A stretch of DNA of 64,000 bases from Moniliella sp. 'wahieum' (GCA_003971905.1 RSEE01000008.1:434001-498000), one strand, 5' to 3'. Counted from the stretch's first letter, positions 11,194 through 24,089 are shown. The notes: generated from the letters alone by a model not told the origin. Translations and numbers: made by a program.

Positions 11194-13030
11194 ATGTCGA
11201 GCTACGGTGCTGTGCCTGCCCAAGAGGGCCTCCCTCTTCCTGCTGAGGCAGCCGTCCGCACTCCGCGCTCCACCAAGCTCGCCCGTCTCGCTCTTCTTGC
11301 TGTTGGCCTTGCCGCGGCGGGCTTCTTTGCCCTCCGGCACTCCGCCAGCCCTGCGCCTCCGGCCACACCAGAGGGACGACGCTGCCGCTTTTGTGCGTAT
11401 CTCGATTGATATACATGGCGTAGCTGACCGAAGTGCAGGCCAGCCTCCCGCGTGGCCAAGTGGCCTGGGCACAGTGCCCCGCAGGATTGGAGCAGTTTGA
11501 CTGCGGCCGTCTGCAAGCGCCGTGGATTACACCAACGAGGCCGACGTGCGCAAACACCTCGGTGGCAGTGTGCGCTTCCCAGCAGGTGGGGGAAAGACGG
11601 TCGTGAGATGTGTTGGGATCGTTATTGCTCAACCTGGCGGCCCCGGCGGATCGGGGATTGCATTTGCGACGAACCGCAAGCCGCAGAACGGGAACCGGAC
11701 TACGGCCGAGGTGTTGACACCCTCTTTGAAGGGAGATATGACATTGTCTCCTTTGATCCGCGTGGGATTGGTCGCACCTGGCGGGCGTGCAGTGCCTCGA
11801 TGCGCCCGATACTTTGTTTGTCTACGACTTCCAATCAATGGCCAATGGGGGGTGCTGGGTGCCCATCATGCAACTAAGGCTGAGTTTGGCACCGACCTGG
11901 CCCAGCTTTCTCTCTTCTCCTCCCTCTGCTCGGCCAACTCGACACGCGAGGAGCAGATGAAGTACGTCAGCGCCTTTGTCGCGCGCGACATGAAGCTGCT
12001 GTACGAAGGACTGAACGATACGGCCCTGCACTACTGGGGCTTAGCTACGGTACCGTCCTCGGGTCAGTGTTTGCGGATATGTTCCCTGAGCACGTTGGCC
12101 GCGGGCCATTGATGGTGTAGTGGACGTACCTGCCTACCACGAGGGTGCATGGAGCAACAATCTCTCGACATTGAGGACGAGTTCCGGCTCCTGTTTGATG
12201 AGTGGTAAGGCAGGTCCTGAGGCCTGCCCTCTGGCCAAGTTGGTTCCCAAGCACGCCAAGGGCAGTGATCTCCACATTAGCGTATCCAACTGGTGGAAAC
12301 GCTCAAGGCTCATCCCATCCCCGCATTGGAAGTATCTCCGCCGCAACTCTCACCTTCTCCTCGGTAGTGGGCCAATTTTCACTTCGCTCTATGCCCCTGT
12401 GCAATGGCCAGGACTGGTGAAGCGTCTTGCCGATGCGATGGAGGGGAACGTCACTGCTCTCGCTTCGGCGGGGCTGTGACGCTGGAGCTGGAAGATAAGG
12501 TGTCGATTGGCGCGGATGGGGCCCCACACGCTGCGATTGCCTGTGGGGACGTGCTAGACCCCCCTGGGGAGGACTGGAGTATTTCGCAGTACCGCACCCA
12601 CCTTGAAGTGCTCCTCACTGACAGCCCTACTTTTGGCTACCTCTGGGCGGGAATGGCGCCCAAGTGCTTGGGTGCCTGGCGACTGCGCGCCAAAGAACGC
12701 CACTTTGGTCACTTTGATTCCCCTACCGCCTTCCCTGTCTTGGCACTGGGCAATGACTACGACCCGGTTACCCCTGGCCGCTTTGCTGACCTGATGGCGT
12801 CCAAGTTCCCCTCGGCTGTCTCGGTCGGCGGAGGGGTACGGCCATTGCACCATCTCCCAGCCCTCAGAGTGCATTGAAAACATTCTACGAGACTACTTTA
12901 TCCGGGGCAAGGTTCCGCAGCAAGACACTTATTGCAAGGTTAATAAGGATGCCCCGTCTTCCCCCTTCCGGGTGTCAAGGCTCTGGCCACCCCATTGGAC
13001 GGAGGGTGTGGGGGAGAGTCTCCATGAGAT
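11194..13030 (+). CDS. Alpha/beta hydrolase, TAP-like (tripeptidyl aminopeptidase-like), with an N-terminal TM anchor; frameshifted
   Basis: Motifs CGRLQAPVDY, N(P)GGPGGSG, YDIVSFDPRGIG, VARDM, YWGLSYGTVLG (nucleophile), DGVVD, IACGD, GNDYDPVTP, GHCT..PSEC. The 3' end is approximate. Confidence 0.88.
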
Positions 13031-13496
13031 CCTCCGTCATGTCATGTGAGTGGCATGCTATGACTTTATTCTTTCTTGTCCCCTTCCGCTGCTCGTCCCC
13101 GTTTTTGTTCGAGCAACACTACTTCTCTCTCTCCCACGTGGGTTCCATCTTCCCACCTGGGCAAAGTTTCACCCAAATCATCCGTCAACGTTCAACAGTC
13201 AACCGCTGTGTCTCTTCAGAGGGAGAGCAATCTGAGTTTATAGGGAAAGCAATTTGAGCTTAATAGATCAATTGAGACGACGGCACTCGCTTCCCTGGTT
13301 GATGCCAGGGATTAGAGGGGACGGAAGCAAGGCAAAGCTTGCACGGGGCGGCCAGCAGGAGCCCATGTCCATGGTGGAATTATAAGGGAAAAAGAGGGGA
13401 GAAAGGGAAGGAAAAGGAAAGGAAAGGATTGGGAGGGAAACGCGCAAGGAACAACCACTTAAATTAAGTGCAGGTACTTAGTAAACAGAGGACACT

Positions 13497-15523
13497 TCAC
13501 GAGTGGTGCAGCTCCACCAAAGCAAAGATCTTGCTCTCTGCGTCAGCAAGGCCCTGGGCAAAGTGGGAGTTGTAGACTTCCCACGTATCTTGCTCCAGTG
13601 TCCCCTGAGCCACGTGAGCAGCAAAGGAGTCTGCAATATATTGCCCGTGGAAGCCCATCCGCGATACGGAAGACGCCTGCGATGCAAAGATCTTGGCGCT
13701 GTAGTACCCGTCACTGTAACCTGTGTTTCCCGCATGCTGCTCGGGAGAAAGCCCTCGCACCAACAACGCTGCCCGTGCTGCCGCACTGCCACCCCTCTTG
13801 GAAGGGGAATAGGGTAGCACAGGATCGGCAAGGGACTTGACCCCATTGGTGATCTTGCTTAACACTTGCGTCATGTTCTCCCCTGTTGACTGTGCCAATT
13901 TGCGCCCTCCCTTTGACGAGCCGGAGCCGGAAGCAGAGCTTGATCCGGACCCGGACCTGGAGGAGGCCGAATTGGTCCAAGCTCTGAGGGGGCTGGTCAT
14001 CAGCTTGGTGTTGATAGTAGCCATAAAGCACCAGCCAGCATTCTGCTCGCACGATTCCAACCGCCAAGACCAGAAGGACCATCCGCCAGCGTTCTTCTGA
14101 TAAACGCTGGACTGGGCATTGCAGAAGCCTTGTTGGGAGTTGTGGGCATCACGTGCGCCAGACAGACTGCTGGAGGCCAGAGCACAGCTCCATTCGCCCA
14201 CAATCAGGTTGTGTGCGCGCGGTACTACTATTGCTGGACAAATATTGAGCCACCGCCTTCGATGTGAGATGTGTGCCCACGGGCAGAGGTGCTCTTGTCG
14301 GAGGAAGAATAGACGTAGTACATGTGGTTGTCCTGCACCACAAAGTCGGTCCGGCCATGAACAAAGGCGGAGCCCTCGGAGAGGCTGAAGCCGTCGTGGA
14401 AGAAGATGGGAAGCATTTTGGCCTGAGGGTTGTTGGCCTTGCGCATCGCGTTCATGGCTGTGGTGAGCCATGGGTAAAGCTGCTTGCGGTACCCACCATT
14501 AGGCTCGTTGAGTGTCTCAATCCCGATCACATTGGTCACATTGGCATACTGCTCCGTCAGGTGCACAAGCAGATCCGTCGTACGTGCCATGTTACTCTGG
14601 GTGAAGAATCCAATCTTGCCGTCTGACACCCCTGAGTGCGCCTGGCCATTTGGTTGCCATACGCGCCATGCAGGTCGATCAGCACGCCAATGTCGTACTC
14701 AGCGGCCCATTGGATCGCCCGGGTGAGATAGCGCAATTCATTGGCATACACCGACAGCCATGCTTGGAACGGGGTGTTATTGAGCCACTGTGATGTTCCC
14801 ATGCTCCAGTAACCAATGGGGATGCGCACCGTGTTGACGCCCATCGAGGCCATCTTGGCAAAATCTGCCTTGGTAACCCACGTGTCCCAGTGCTTCTCCA
14901 TTCGAGCCTTCGCACTCGACAAGCCTGTGCTTGATACCCCGTACCCGGTAACACATCGTGCTCGGCTGCCGCGGCTTGGTTCGCACAGGTAAACATCGAG
15001 GGCGCCATCCAGTTCTCGAGGACAAACCTGGTCGGTGTTAGCTTTCACTGTGAAAGGTGCAGCAAACGGGGTCACGTACCAGCTGCCTAGGTTGACCGAG
15101 ATTTGCTTGCGATAGCGCATAATGTTGGCGCTTGTAGAATCAAAAGGAGAAAAGTCGTTGGCCTGAGGCAGAGAAGAGGAGGGGGTGTAGTCATCCAGCA
15201 CATGGCATCCGCCCGGGCCGACAGTGGAGGCAAAGTTATTGCCCGACGAGGCAGCCCAGTTCGTCGGGACATACAGAGTTGACGGAGTACCCCATTCGCT
15301 CTTCTGGCTCTGGTGGGGGAGGTTGATCTGTTTGTATGTCCCATTCGACGAGCCGGCGACTTGGAAGCTGTTGCCTCCGTGTGGCCAGTGGGCAGGGCAA
15401 CGTTGGTCGAGCTGGCGTTGGTAGGAAGGATGGGGGTAGGTTTGTAAGTGGCGAGGGCGAGGGAAAGACTGCTCAACAGTCCTTGCAGGGGCCCAGCCTG
15501 TTCTGCGCGAGAGAAGAACGCAT
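13497..15523 (-). CDS. Glycoside hydrolase family 5, exo-beta-1,3-glucanase-like; frameshifted
   Basis: VNLGSW|FVLENWM restored by intron 15028-15079. Also HWDTWVT, GVNTVRIPIGYW, LIDLHGA, IETLNEP (acid/base Glu), DNHMYY and IVGEWS (nucleophile Glu). The start at 15523 is tentative. Confidence 0.9.
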
Positions 15524-16053
15524 ATCGTTCGGCCAGCGAGCTCAGCGTCCAGCGTCCAGCGCTGATGGATGTCTACCAGAGACAAGAGGAGGCGAGGATC
15601 AGCCTGCGCCGAGTGAAGAGTGAGGCGGCGGTGAAAGGTTGGAGGGGGGGGGGGAAGAGAGTAGGATGGAGGACGCGAGGGAAGAGACGTCTTCAGGGCG
15701 AGGAAAGCTCTTCTCCGCGACCCACCCTTTCCGATTAAGACGATAGTAGTGGTTGGTGCTGACGAGGTGGCAGCGAGGTGTGTGGGATATGGAGAGCGAT
15801 GTTGAGTGGCGAAGGCACTGTGATGAGCGAAGCGCGAGGTAGCCGATCGATGATGACGCAGGTTTCCAAGTCCGATGCGCTGGGAGCAGATGCGGCCTGT
15901 TTTGCAGAACAAAGTAGTGAAGCTGGAAGATGTGTGCTGGCTGGTCTTGGCCTACCTTGGCTGTCTAGCAGGCTGCCCCCTTGGCTCGGTTCATTGTGCA
16001 GAGCAGAGGTTAGAATATGCTGAGTACTTCAAATGTGTTCCTGCTGGAGATGG

Positions 16054-17243
16054 TGCATGATGCATGATGCATGAGCATGAGCGCTGCGCAGGTGGCGAGA
16101 GGATGCTCAGCACGGGAGCAGTAGAAATTAGGTGTGACCGCGTGACCGGTGAGCTCGCCGGTGATGGGTTCTGTGTTGTCACATGTCACATGTCACATGT
16201 CACAGACCGCCACCCAAAGCACAGCCGAGTCGTCATGATGATGACCTACTTGCCATGTGGGTGATCTTGACGTCGATCCTGTAATGTCGCAGTCGCAGGA
16301 CCAGTCGAGTGAGTCTCTCTCTCTCAGTGCACACAGGCTCCGTCCTGGTTCTGTGTCGTCTACAGGCCACCATTTCTGTACTACCCCAGCCCCGGAACCG
16401 CGAGGACTGAGACTGGCTGCAGGCCTTGTGCCAACGCTGTGGCGGGGCGAACAAACTCCATAAGATCAAGATCGCACATGTGCATGAACGTTTGAACGGT
16501 GAACGTCGAACGTTGAACGTAGTACGACCGTGCGGGCGCCAGTGGCCCGCGTGGTCCTTTAGCTTGATAATCTTATCCAGGCTTAGGCTGGTTACCACAG
16601 TCACTAATAGCTTTACTGGATGCTAGTTACCTTATCGACTACAGGGTTATTAGTCACATATGCGCCGCTGCTGCCACGCCAGAGACCACGCCCCATGTCA
16701 CCCCTGCGCTGCAAGCCATGCCGCCCCAATATTGCCCCTATAGCAAACTAAGGTCCCACAAGCCCTAAGATCCTAGGACCTAAAACCTTAAGGTTTAAGA
16801 CTAAAGCGAAGCTTCAACTTCCTTCAGGTCTTACTTCAAGCTTCAAGCCTCACAGGCCCCAGATCTCGGAGGGCCCCAAGGCAGGCCCAAGCGACGGACG
16901 GCAGTAGTGAAGACGGGACAAGAGGTGTGCTTGCGGCCGAGTTTCCGTGACGCGTGACGCGTGACAAGCGAGATGTGGCACGCGACACTGCGCGCACACT
17001 GCTGAGATTGTTGAACGATAATCGATAATCGATAATCGATGATCTCGAGTTTATATATATCGAAACCATGAAAGTGGTGCGGCATGGTGTGGCTGGTGGG
17101 GTTGGCTTGAGTAAGTAGAAGACAGTTAAACATCAGTGCATTGTGCAGAGGCTCAGCGCTCAGTCTGAGCGCTGAACGCTGAACTCCGCAGCCTGGCTAA
17201 TTTGATTAGCACCTCAGCTAAGGGCGCCGAGCCTCAGCTGAGC
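16054..17243. repeat. Cluster of different 7-bp-period short tandem arrays
   Basis: (TGCATGA)3 16054-16074; (TGTCACA)4 16177-16204; TGAACGT-type 16485-16520; CTTCAAG-type ~16835-16851; (CGTGACG)3 16946-16966; (CGATAAT)3-4 17016-17043; GCTCAGC/GCTGAAC 17151-17184. Confidence 0.85.
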
Positions 17244-17518
17244 CCAGGTTATTAGCGGTTGAGAGCAACTCTGAAGCGCAGCGAAACAGGTGGATTGGAA
17301 CTGATAGTAGTACGTACAAAGTTTATTGGGTATCATCTGCTACACCGTTGCCCCGCCTGGTCCCTGCGCGGTCGAAGGAGATTCTATCGCTTGAAAGGTA
17401 TATTTCAAATATTTCAATTTGGAACCGAAGACCGTGGCGTTGCGAGTCGATACCACATTAAATAGAGAGTTCCTCGTCTGAGGAAAACACTCGGGAACTC
17501 AACGTTCGACGATAATTG

Positions 17519-18400
17519 TGTTGGTAGTGGTGACGTGGATATGATTGCTTTTCGAGGTCCCCTGAAGCACGTCTAACCCTTACGCCCGCTGCTTCCTTTG
17601 TGCTTCTCCCTGTCAGCTTTCTCTCTCTTTAATACGAGAGTAGACGACACCGCTTCCACTACATCTTTAGTGTGTATAAGACCAGAGGAACTGGGTGATG
17701 AATCTCTGGAAATGTATTAGGACAATGCAATCGCGGTGATGTTGTAACATGTAACAGGAGATGGAGGTGAGCGTCATACGCCGGGGCAGCAGGCCCCTTG
17801 GTAAGGATGTCACGAGCGCTGAGGTGGATTGTGGCGATAGCATACTCGGTACGCTGGAGCCAGTCGCGGGTCTCCCATTTGTCGGCTTTGCGGGACAGTT
17901 GTTTGTTGCCTCGGATGCGACAGGGGCGATCGATGGCAGAGTGGATGTCCGGAGACACGGGATCCGAGAGGGTGGGTGTGGCGGTAGGTGCGGGCGCGGG
18001 CGCGGGGGTTGTGGTTGATGAATGATTGAGGTGCGGCAAAAGAGCCTGGATGGTGGCCGCGACAATAGCTTGAGCGTCGGCGGCGGAGGGGGGGGGGGAA
18101 GTGACCACGGGGGGGAAGCCGATCCTGGGGCACCTTGGTTGGTGGGCGCGGGGAGCAAGGGAGAGTCGTCGGCGTCGTCCATCTCGGGGTGGGTCGCGTG
18201 GGACGCAATAGCACGTGTGCGGCGGCTGGACATGGTGTAAGGAAGGTGAATGGTGGAGAGATGTGTCCAGCGGGAGTGGGGTGGGTGATTGGGCTGAAAG
18301 CCGGAAGGCTGAGTGAGATCAAATCTAATAGGAGATGGAGATGGGGGAAAGGATGAGGATCATCTTCATCGAGTGGAAAGAGAGCGAGGTATATATGCCG
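17519..18400 (-). mobile_element. Probable degenerate LTR-retroelement remnant: gag-like ORF truncated by an LTR-like segment
   Basis: Frameshifted ORF from ATG 18233 (Pro-rich N-terminus, then LSRKADKWETRDWLQRTEYAIATIHL) runs into a ~230-bp segment, 17519-17749, bounded by TGTTG...TAACA. No target-site duplication or pol domain was found. Confidence 0.4.
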
Positions 18401-20616
18401 CGGAGAAGAAGAGAACATGCGAGCTAAGTCACATGAAGGAAAAGAGGGAGCACAAACAGCACAGGGTCTAGAACAAATCAAAGGGGGCCAGACAATTTGG
18501 TGACAAAAGGTGATCATGTGAGTCTGATTCCGACATGGTGGTTAAGTCTAAGCCTTATGCCACACCTAAAGGAGATAGGGGTTCAAACAAGCCTGAGTAT
18601 ACACGTGGAGGCTTCGGAGGTCAAACAAGGGGAAAAGGGTGATAAAAGGCACCTTGGCCTATGTACAGGATCACGGGCCGCAACATAGTATGTAACCATG
18701 TCATTGACAGAGAGCTTAAGACTGGGACGGATAAACGATGTGCCTAAACCGACCCCTTCACCCCGCGTGTGTTGCTTGTCGGCGCAAAACTCATTTGAGA
18801 ACCAGGGAAATCGCCAGGAGAACAACAGGACCCTCTGGTGCCGGTCATCCGTTCCCATACCCGAGGTAGCGCGTGTGGATACGAATGAACGTGATAGACA
18901 TCTGAGGGTGGTTCATCTCCATTATAACTGTGAGTATAGTTAATTTCTTCCAGTTTCCAAGCACCTTGCCCGCTGTCTTGGTGGCATAGTATCATCGTGT
19001 CGTCAAAAATCAAAGGGAAAACGGTTATTGGGTGCTTCTCCGGTAATACTTATTGGCGTTCCTGTCGCATTTTGCCTTTTCTAGGAGCCGAAGCAGCTCC
19101 TTCTCCCGGCGTTCCAAAAGCGTCAAGGTCCTCTCATGTACCACCCTCCAGTACGCGGCCTGCGCCTCCTGCGTTCCCAAGTCGGTGGTCTACCTCCATT
19201 CCTGATCCTTCGATTGCTCCAGGTCCCATCAAGCTGTAGGCCCAGTGGCTCCCTAGTTCTATATACTTTGTGCACCTGTTCGTGCTCGTCATCGATGTGA
19301 CAATGTCATCCTTTACTTGTAGTCGGTGTAAACTGAGTACTGAGTTGAGTACTGATTGCTGTCACTTGGACTCGGCGCAAACAGCGTCGGCATCTATTCA
19401 ACGACGGTTCAAAAACGTCTGATCAGCGATTCACACAGCGCTGCGTCTCAGCTTCAACATCGTCAATATACTAACCGAACCGTTCCCCAACAGCGCGACG
19501 TCTTTTATGGCCGCATTTCTTCGTCTGGGACTGATCCAACATCCAATAATCAATCAATTGATCACCCAATGTAAAGTACCAAAGTGTGTCAACGTAGCGC
19601 CTAAAGATGTCAAGGCCTATGAACGTGTTATGAACCCACAGGCCAGTCGCGTTGTTTACCGTGTGTTCTTCCTCTCTGGTATACAAGGCGCTATTGCATG
19701 CAGCATAAAGGAATCCCAAAGCGGTATCCAAAGCAATTTCCCCTCAAGTCACAGATGGAGTGCACACATGGTTGAAGGCGGGCTCCCTCACTCAATTTCT
19801 TGCGGGCTCCAAGCTTGTATTGGGCTCGTGGGCAGGCCATGTTGTGTCACAACTCTAACATCAGTTCTCACTTTTGCACTTGTAAAGAACAGCTCGTAGG
19901 GGGCGGTGCTGGAGATCAATCTGGACGTTCCTGTTCGAGTTTGAGCTCCAGGCACTTATACCTGCGGGTATCAAAGAAAGAGAAAAAATGGATACAGCTG
20001 ATGAGAGAACTCACTGTTGTGCTCAACCACGTTGCCAATACATCCGCCTCCTTGAGAGGCTGTTGAATATCTCCTATCGATGCATAATCTCATCTGCTGT
20101 ATTTCCTTATAGTATGTTGTTGCTTCTTCTTACACTCCCGCGTGCGGTGCAATCTAGACCAGTCGTGTGGCAAGCTGCATCTTCGCACACAACCGAAGGG
20201 AGCCGCTGATGGCTCATGCGCGCTCATGATTACCATGCCAAAAAAAGGTAATCGGATTTCCTTCCTGTGGGAGGGGAGGTCCTCTCATTCACTAGAATCC
20301 GTCGAAGGTTGTCCACAGAAAAGCCACGTCCTCTGCGGAATCCTCATATCCCACCACGCAAGGTCCTGGAGGCCTCGAGCCCTCTTCTCGGTCCGTTGAG
20401 TACTTGACTGGGTACCGCGTGTCGAACGTCCAACGTCGAGTGGTGAAGTATAGTGCAAACATTGCCAATTCCGCGAGTTGCGAGTAGCAACGTTGCGATT
20501 CGAGCATGGTGTTCGGTGCAAGGCTAGCAAATGCGTGGGCAAGCAATTTCATAATTGTAACCCCCGGATTTTTTCAGCCCGGAGAAACGGCGGCGAAGAA
20601 CCCGAAGGAAGCAGGC

Positions 20617-20652
20617 ACGACGTCAGTGGGCGGGGTGGCGTCATCGCGTCAT
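20617..20652. promoter_or_regulatory. Three clustered CRE/CYS-3-like bZIP sites upstream of the MetR-like gene
   Basis: ACGACGTCAG (20617-20626), GTGGCGTCAT (20635-20644) and ATCGCGTCAT (20643-20652), each 1-2 mismatches from ATGRYRYCAT. Confidence 0.45.
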
Positions 20653-21030
20653 CGCCTCCATAACTGGGTAAGAAAGACTGGTACTGATAAATGACTGCGA
20701 TCAATAAAAAACTCCGTCGGACTCCTCTCACGCAAAGGGGCAGTGTCGCGTCGGTCACCAGAGCCACCAGTGACGCTTTCGGGTACCCCAAGCCGCTGCA
20801 ACCGCCGCAGGCAGGCGGCATGCGGGCAGTTTTGCCGCCTGGCTTTTCACCCTGGTCAATCCAAACGGAGTGCAATGCGGGGGCTGTGGTCCCACTGCGC
20901 GACACCCTCGGTGCATTCGCACGCTTCCCCCTGTCTGCTTCCACCACCATCTCCAGCCTCCTTCCAACCCCTGACGACCCCACCACCACCATCGCCCTCA
21001 TCGTGCCCAGTGTCATTCAGCCGGTTGACG

Positions 21031-22417
21031 ATGGCCTACCGTGAGACCGGCCCTTCGTTCCTCTGGGGCCTCAATCAATTCATCTCCCCCGAATCCAGTT
21101 CGAACGGAGCTCCCAGCTCAGCTTCAGCGCAAGCTCCCGATGCTTTTCCACCGATGGACTCATCCTTGACCGTCTCGCCTGATGACCAGTTTGCCGACCA
21201 ATTGGCTCTCTGGACCACTGCTTCCTTCTCGTTTGACGGGCCTACAGGACACGCACTCATCGCTGACGACGAAAAGACTGCCCCAATGACGAGTTCAGTC
21301 GTGAGAACGATGAGCGGCAACTCGATCGTGAACGGGTTCGCGCCTTTGAATCCCACCAAGAGCAAGAGCATCCAGCGCAAGCAACTCCCTCCAATGGTGC
21401 TCATACCCCTTCCCCCCAGGCAGACAACCCTTTGTTGCAGATGTTGGCGTTGAGTTCGATGACTTCGAGTCCAGCGCTTTCGTCACCAGTTTCTGCTCCA
21501 GCGCCTCCTCAACCACAAGTCCATCCCCAACAACAGCAACCGCAACCGCAACCGCAACCGCAACTCCTCTCGCTTCTTGGCTCCCTCAACCCTTTATTGC
21601 TTCTGCAGTTGAATCAACTCCTTTCTTCTGCAGGCACTCTGGGTTTGTCTAATGCTCTCCCAGCGGCTTTGGCGCAGTTGAACGGTTTGACCTCAGGTCA
21701 GGTGGGTGCGCACCCTTCGAATCCTGCAGCGCTGCATGCCCTTGCACCGCTTCTGCAGTCGTTGACGAACCAAGCCCCGTCTTTTGCTCCGGCTCCGACC
21801 GCACCCGCAACGAGCAACCCTCTTTCGCAACTTTTTGCACAATTAGGCCAGGCTCTACCCCCCTCGCTACCTCAGCCGCAACCCCAGGCGGCCAGTCAAC
21901 CTGTGGAACAACCTGTCTCTCAACGAGCGCCCTCCACCCTGGGTCCGGTTCATCAAGATTCTCTTCCTCGTCCTGCGCCCCTCCTTCCAAGGCAGCCACA
22001 TCCCCATCTCCAAGCCCCTCCAGCACCCTAGATCGGCCGCCCTCCACCGTGGAGCCCAAGGCGCGCCCTGCAAAGAAGCGTCGCACGGAGACAAAGGAAG
22101 AGAAGGAACTACGTGCCGACCTTGATCACGCCAACATCCCTCCACTTGTTCTCGTTGACACGGGAAATCCCGAAGCGGATGCGGAGGCCAATCGCCTGGC
22201 CATTGAGGAAGACAAGCGGAGGCGCAACACTGCAGCCAGCGCCCGGTTCCGCTTTAAGAAGAAGCAGCGCGAGGCTGCGATGGAAGCGAGCCACAACGAG
22301 CTGCGTGAGCGCGTCGAGGCTCTGGAAAAGGAGAACAAGACACTGCACGCAGAGAATGACTGGTTGCGCTCCTTCTTCTCAGCTGGCTCAGAGGGACGTG
22401 TTCCTACCCTCCCCTAG
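21031..22417 (+). CDS. bZIP transcription factor, MetR/CYS-3/Zip1-like sulfur regulator; frameshifted
   Basis: Basic region EEDKRRRNTAASARFRFKKKQRE plus zipper ending ENDWLR. N-terminal DQLALWTTASFSFD motif and a Q/P-rich middle region. Confidence 0.88.
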
Positions 22418-22677
22418 CGACATGCGTCAATGCACGAGCCCACCTCCCTTTCGGGCACTAAGTGAGACGCTTAAAACTGGTCCTCCAACGGGATTGCTCC
22501 TCAAGCTTCCAAGTACCAACTGCTCTACTTCCTTGACCAGAGGAAAAAAAAAAAAAAGCACACACGACCTACCCAATGACCAATGCCCTCAGTCTCTTAT
22601 ATTGTTATCCTCCAACGGAGACAACTGTATCCATACCCACCTTCCAACAGGCGGGCTTTGTACTTGACCCACATGTG

Positions 22678-23817
22678 TTAATCGATGCCTTTTGCTTTCG
22701 CCAGCACATAATTGCTCCATCTTAGTTGAGTCCGGCAATCAGCTTCTTTACACTCCGGGGAGGATCGTACAGCTTGGTAAAGGGCAACGCGTCGGTGGGC
22801 TGCAACCAGTTTTTCTCGTCGTACTTGTCCTCACCCTCGATCATGTGGAAAGTGTAAATGTATCGTGCTACGTGGGATCAGCACTCGATTCTGACAAAAC
22901 ATACTGGCAAGGGGGAATATCGTACAGATCGGGCTCAAGTTCTTTTCGCTCTTGTGCAGCACGCTTCCATGGATCAATACGAGTGTACCGGCCTTGACCT
23001 CTTCAAGCTTGGCATGTTCCGCATCCCATTCAGCCTCTTCCTTAGTGGAAATTGTTTCAAAGGTGGTACCAGAGTGCGTGTCACCTGGGTTGGCACGGAC
23101 AAACCGTTTGTTCACTCCTCGTGCCGGTCCGAGTCCCAGTTCCTCCAGTACTTGGGCGCTATCCTTCGGGCGTGGCACATTGGGGTCCAATGTGGTCCCC
23201 TTTGCCCAACGATGTGAACCAGGGAGGAAAGAGAGCGTCCCGTTCTTCGCTGTGCAGTCTTCAAGCGCGAACCAAAAGCCAATAGCAGACGGCGGGTCGG
23301 TGAAGAGGAAAGTCGAGTCATTGTGCACGGGCACTGTCCCTCCAATCGAAGGCTGCTTGGCAATAATCATGCTCTGCAACACGCGAGGGTCGGTATGCAC
23401 GCCCAACGAGCGAGCGACGGCCTGCAACTCATTGGAAAAACTGAACCGGGCGAAGATGGGGTCCAGGGCATGAAGCGCATGCCCACATTTGTTTACGGCC
23501 AGCTCGGGGGCACGGTTGAGCTTTCCGTTCTGATCCAGAGCATCCTCCTCCAAAAAGTACCGCACCTTGTCTCCCGACTCGAGAAAGTACTTGTCCCCCA
23601 CATGTTTCTCGCTTTCCTTGCCGTCTGCACCGCCGGTGCTGAACTTGGTCATCGGGTGGCCCGCCGGGTCAAACGCAACCACTACCTCTTTGGCGTGGGC
23701 GAGGATCGGAGCCGGGTCAAAGAAGTTGGGGACGGCCAGGTACCCGTCCTTGTGGAACTGCTCCACTTGGGCACGGGTGAGGGAGCCAGCGTTGGGCGTG
23801 TCTGCAAAGACCGACAT
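22678..23817 (-). CDS. Phytanoyl-CoA dioxygenase family protein (PhyH/PHYHD1-like Fe(II)/2OG dioxygenase)
   Basis: FHKDGYL, FFLEE-like, NKCGHALHALDP, QSMII.KQP.IGG.VPVHNDSTFL (HxD) and LIHGSVLHKS. Intron 22868-22925 restores SRYIYTFHMIEG...NWLQP. The exact stop is uncertain. Confidence 0.93.
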
Positions 23818-24089
23818 GGAGATGATGGAGCGTCGATTGGATACTGAGGCGTGGGACGGGGCGGGGGGGGTAGTGACTGGCTGGAAGCATCCGTGCTCTC
23901 GATAACACGGTCCACATGATCCGACATGAGAGGGAGGGGGTTGCACCGACTAGGGTTGACTGCTCGATAATCGATAAGCACGAAAAGCACCACATGCGTT
24001 AGCTAAGCAGCGCTCTGCCGTAGGAAATGGGCATATGCATCACGCATCGAGCTCGATGATCAGCCATTAGTCGGCGTACTTTAACCTGC

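Noticed and set aside
8095..13030. Calling NRDE-2 and the hydrolase pseudogenes, or invoking programmed frameshifting
   Set aside because: The same kind of homopolymer deletion breaks conserved genes such as MSH6, TPS2 and COG7. Catalytic motifs are intact and no consistent slippery signal is seen. Assembly error is simpler.
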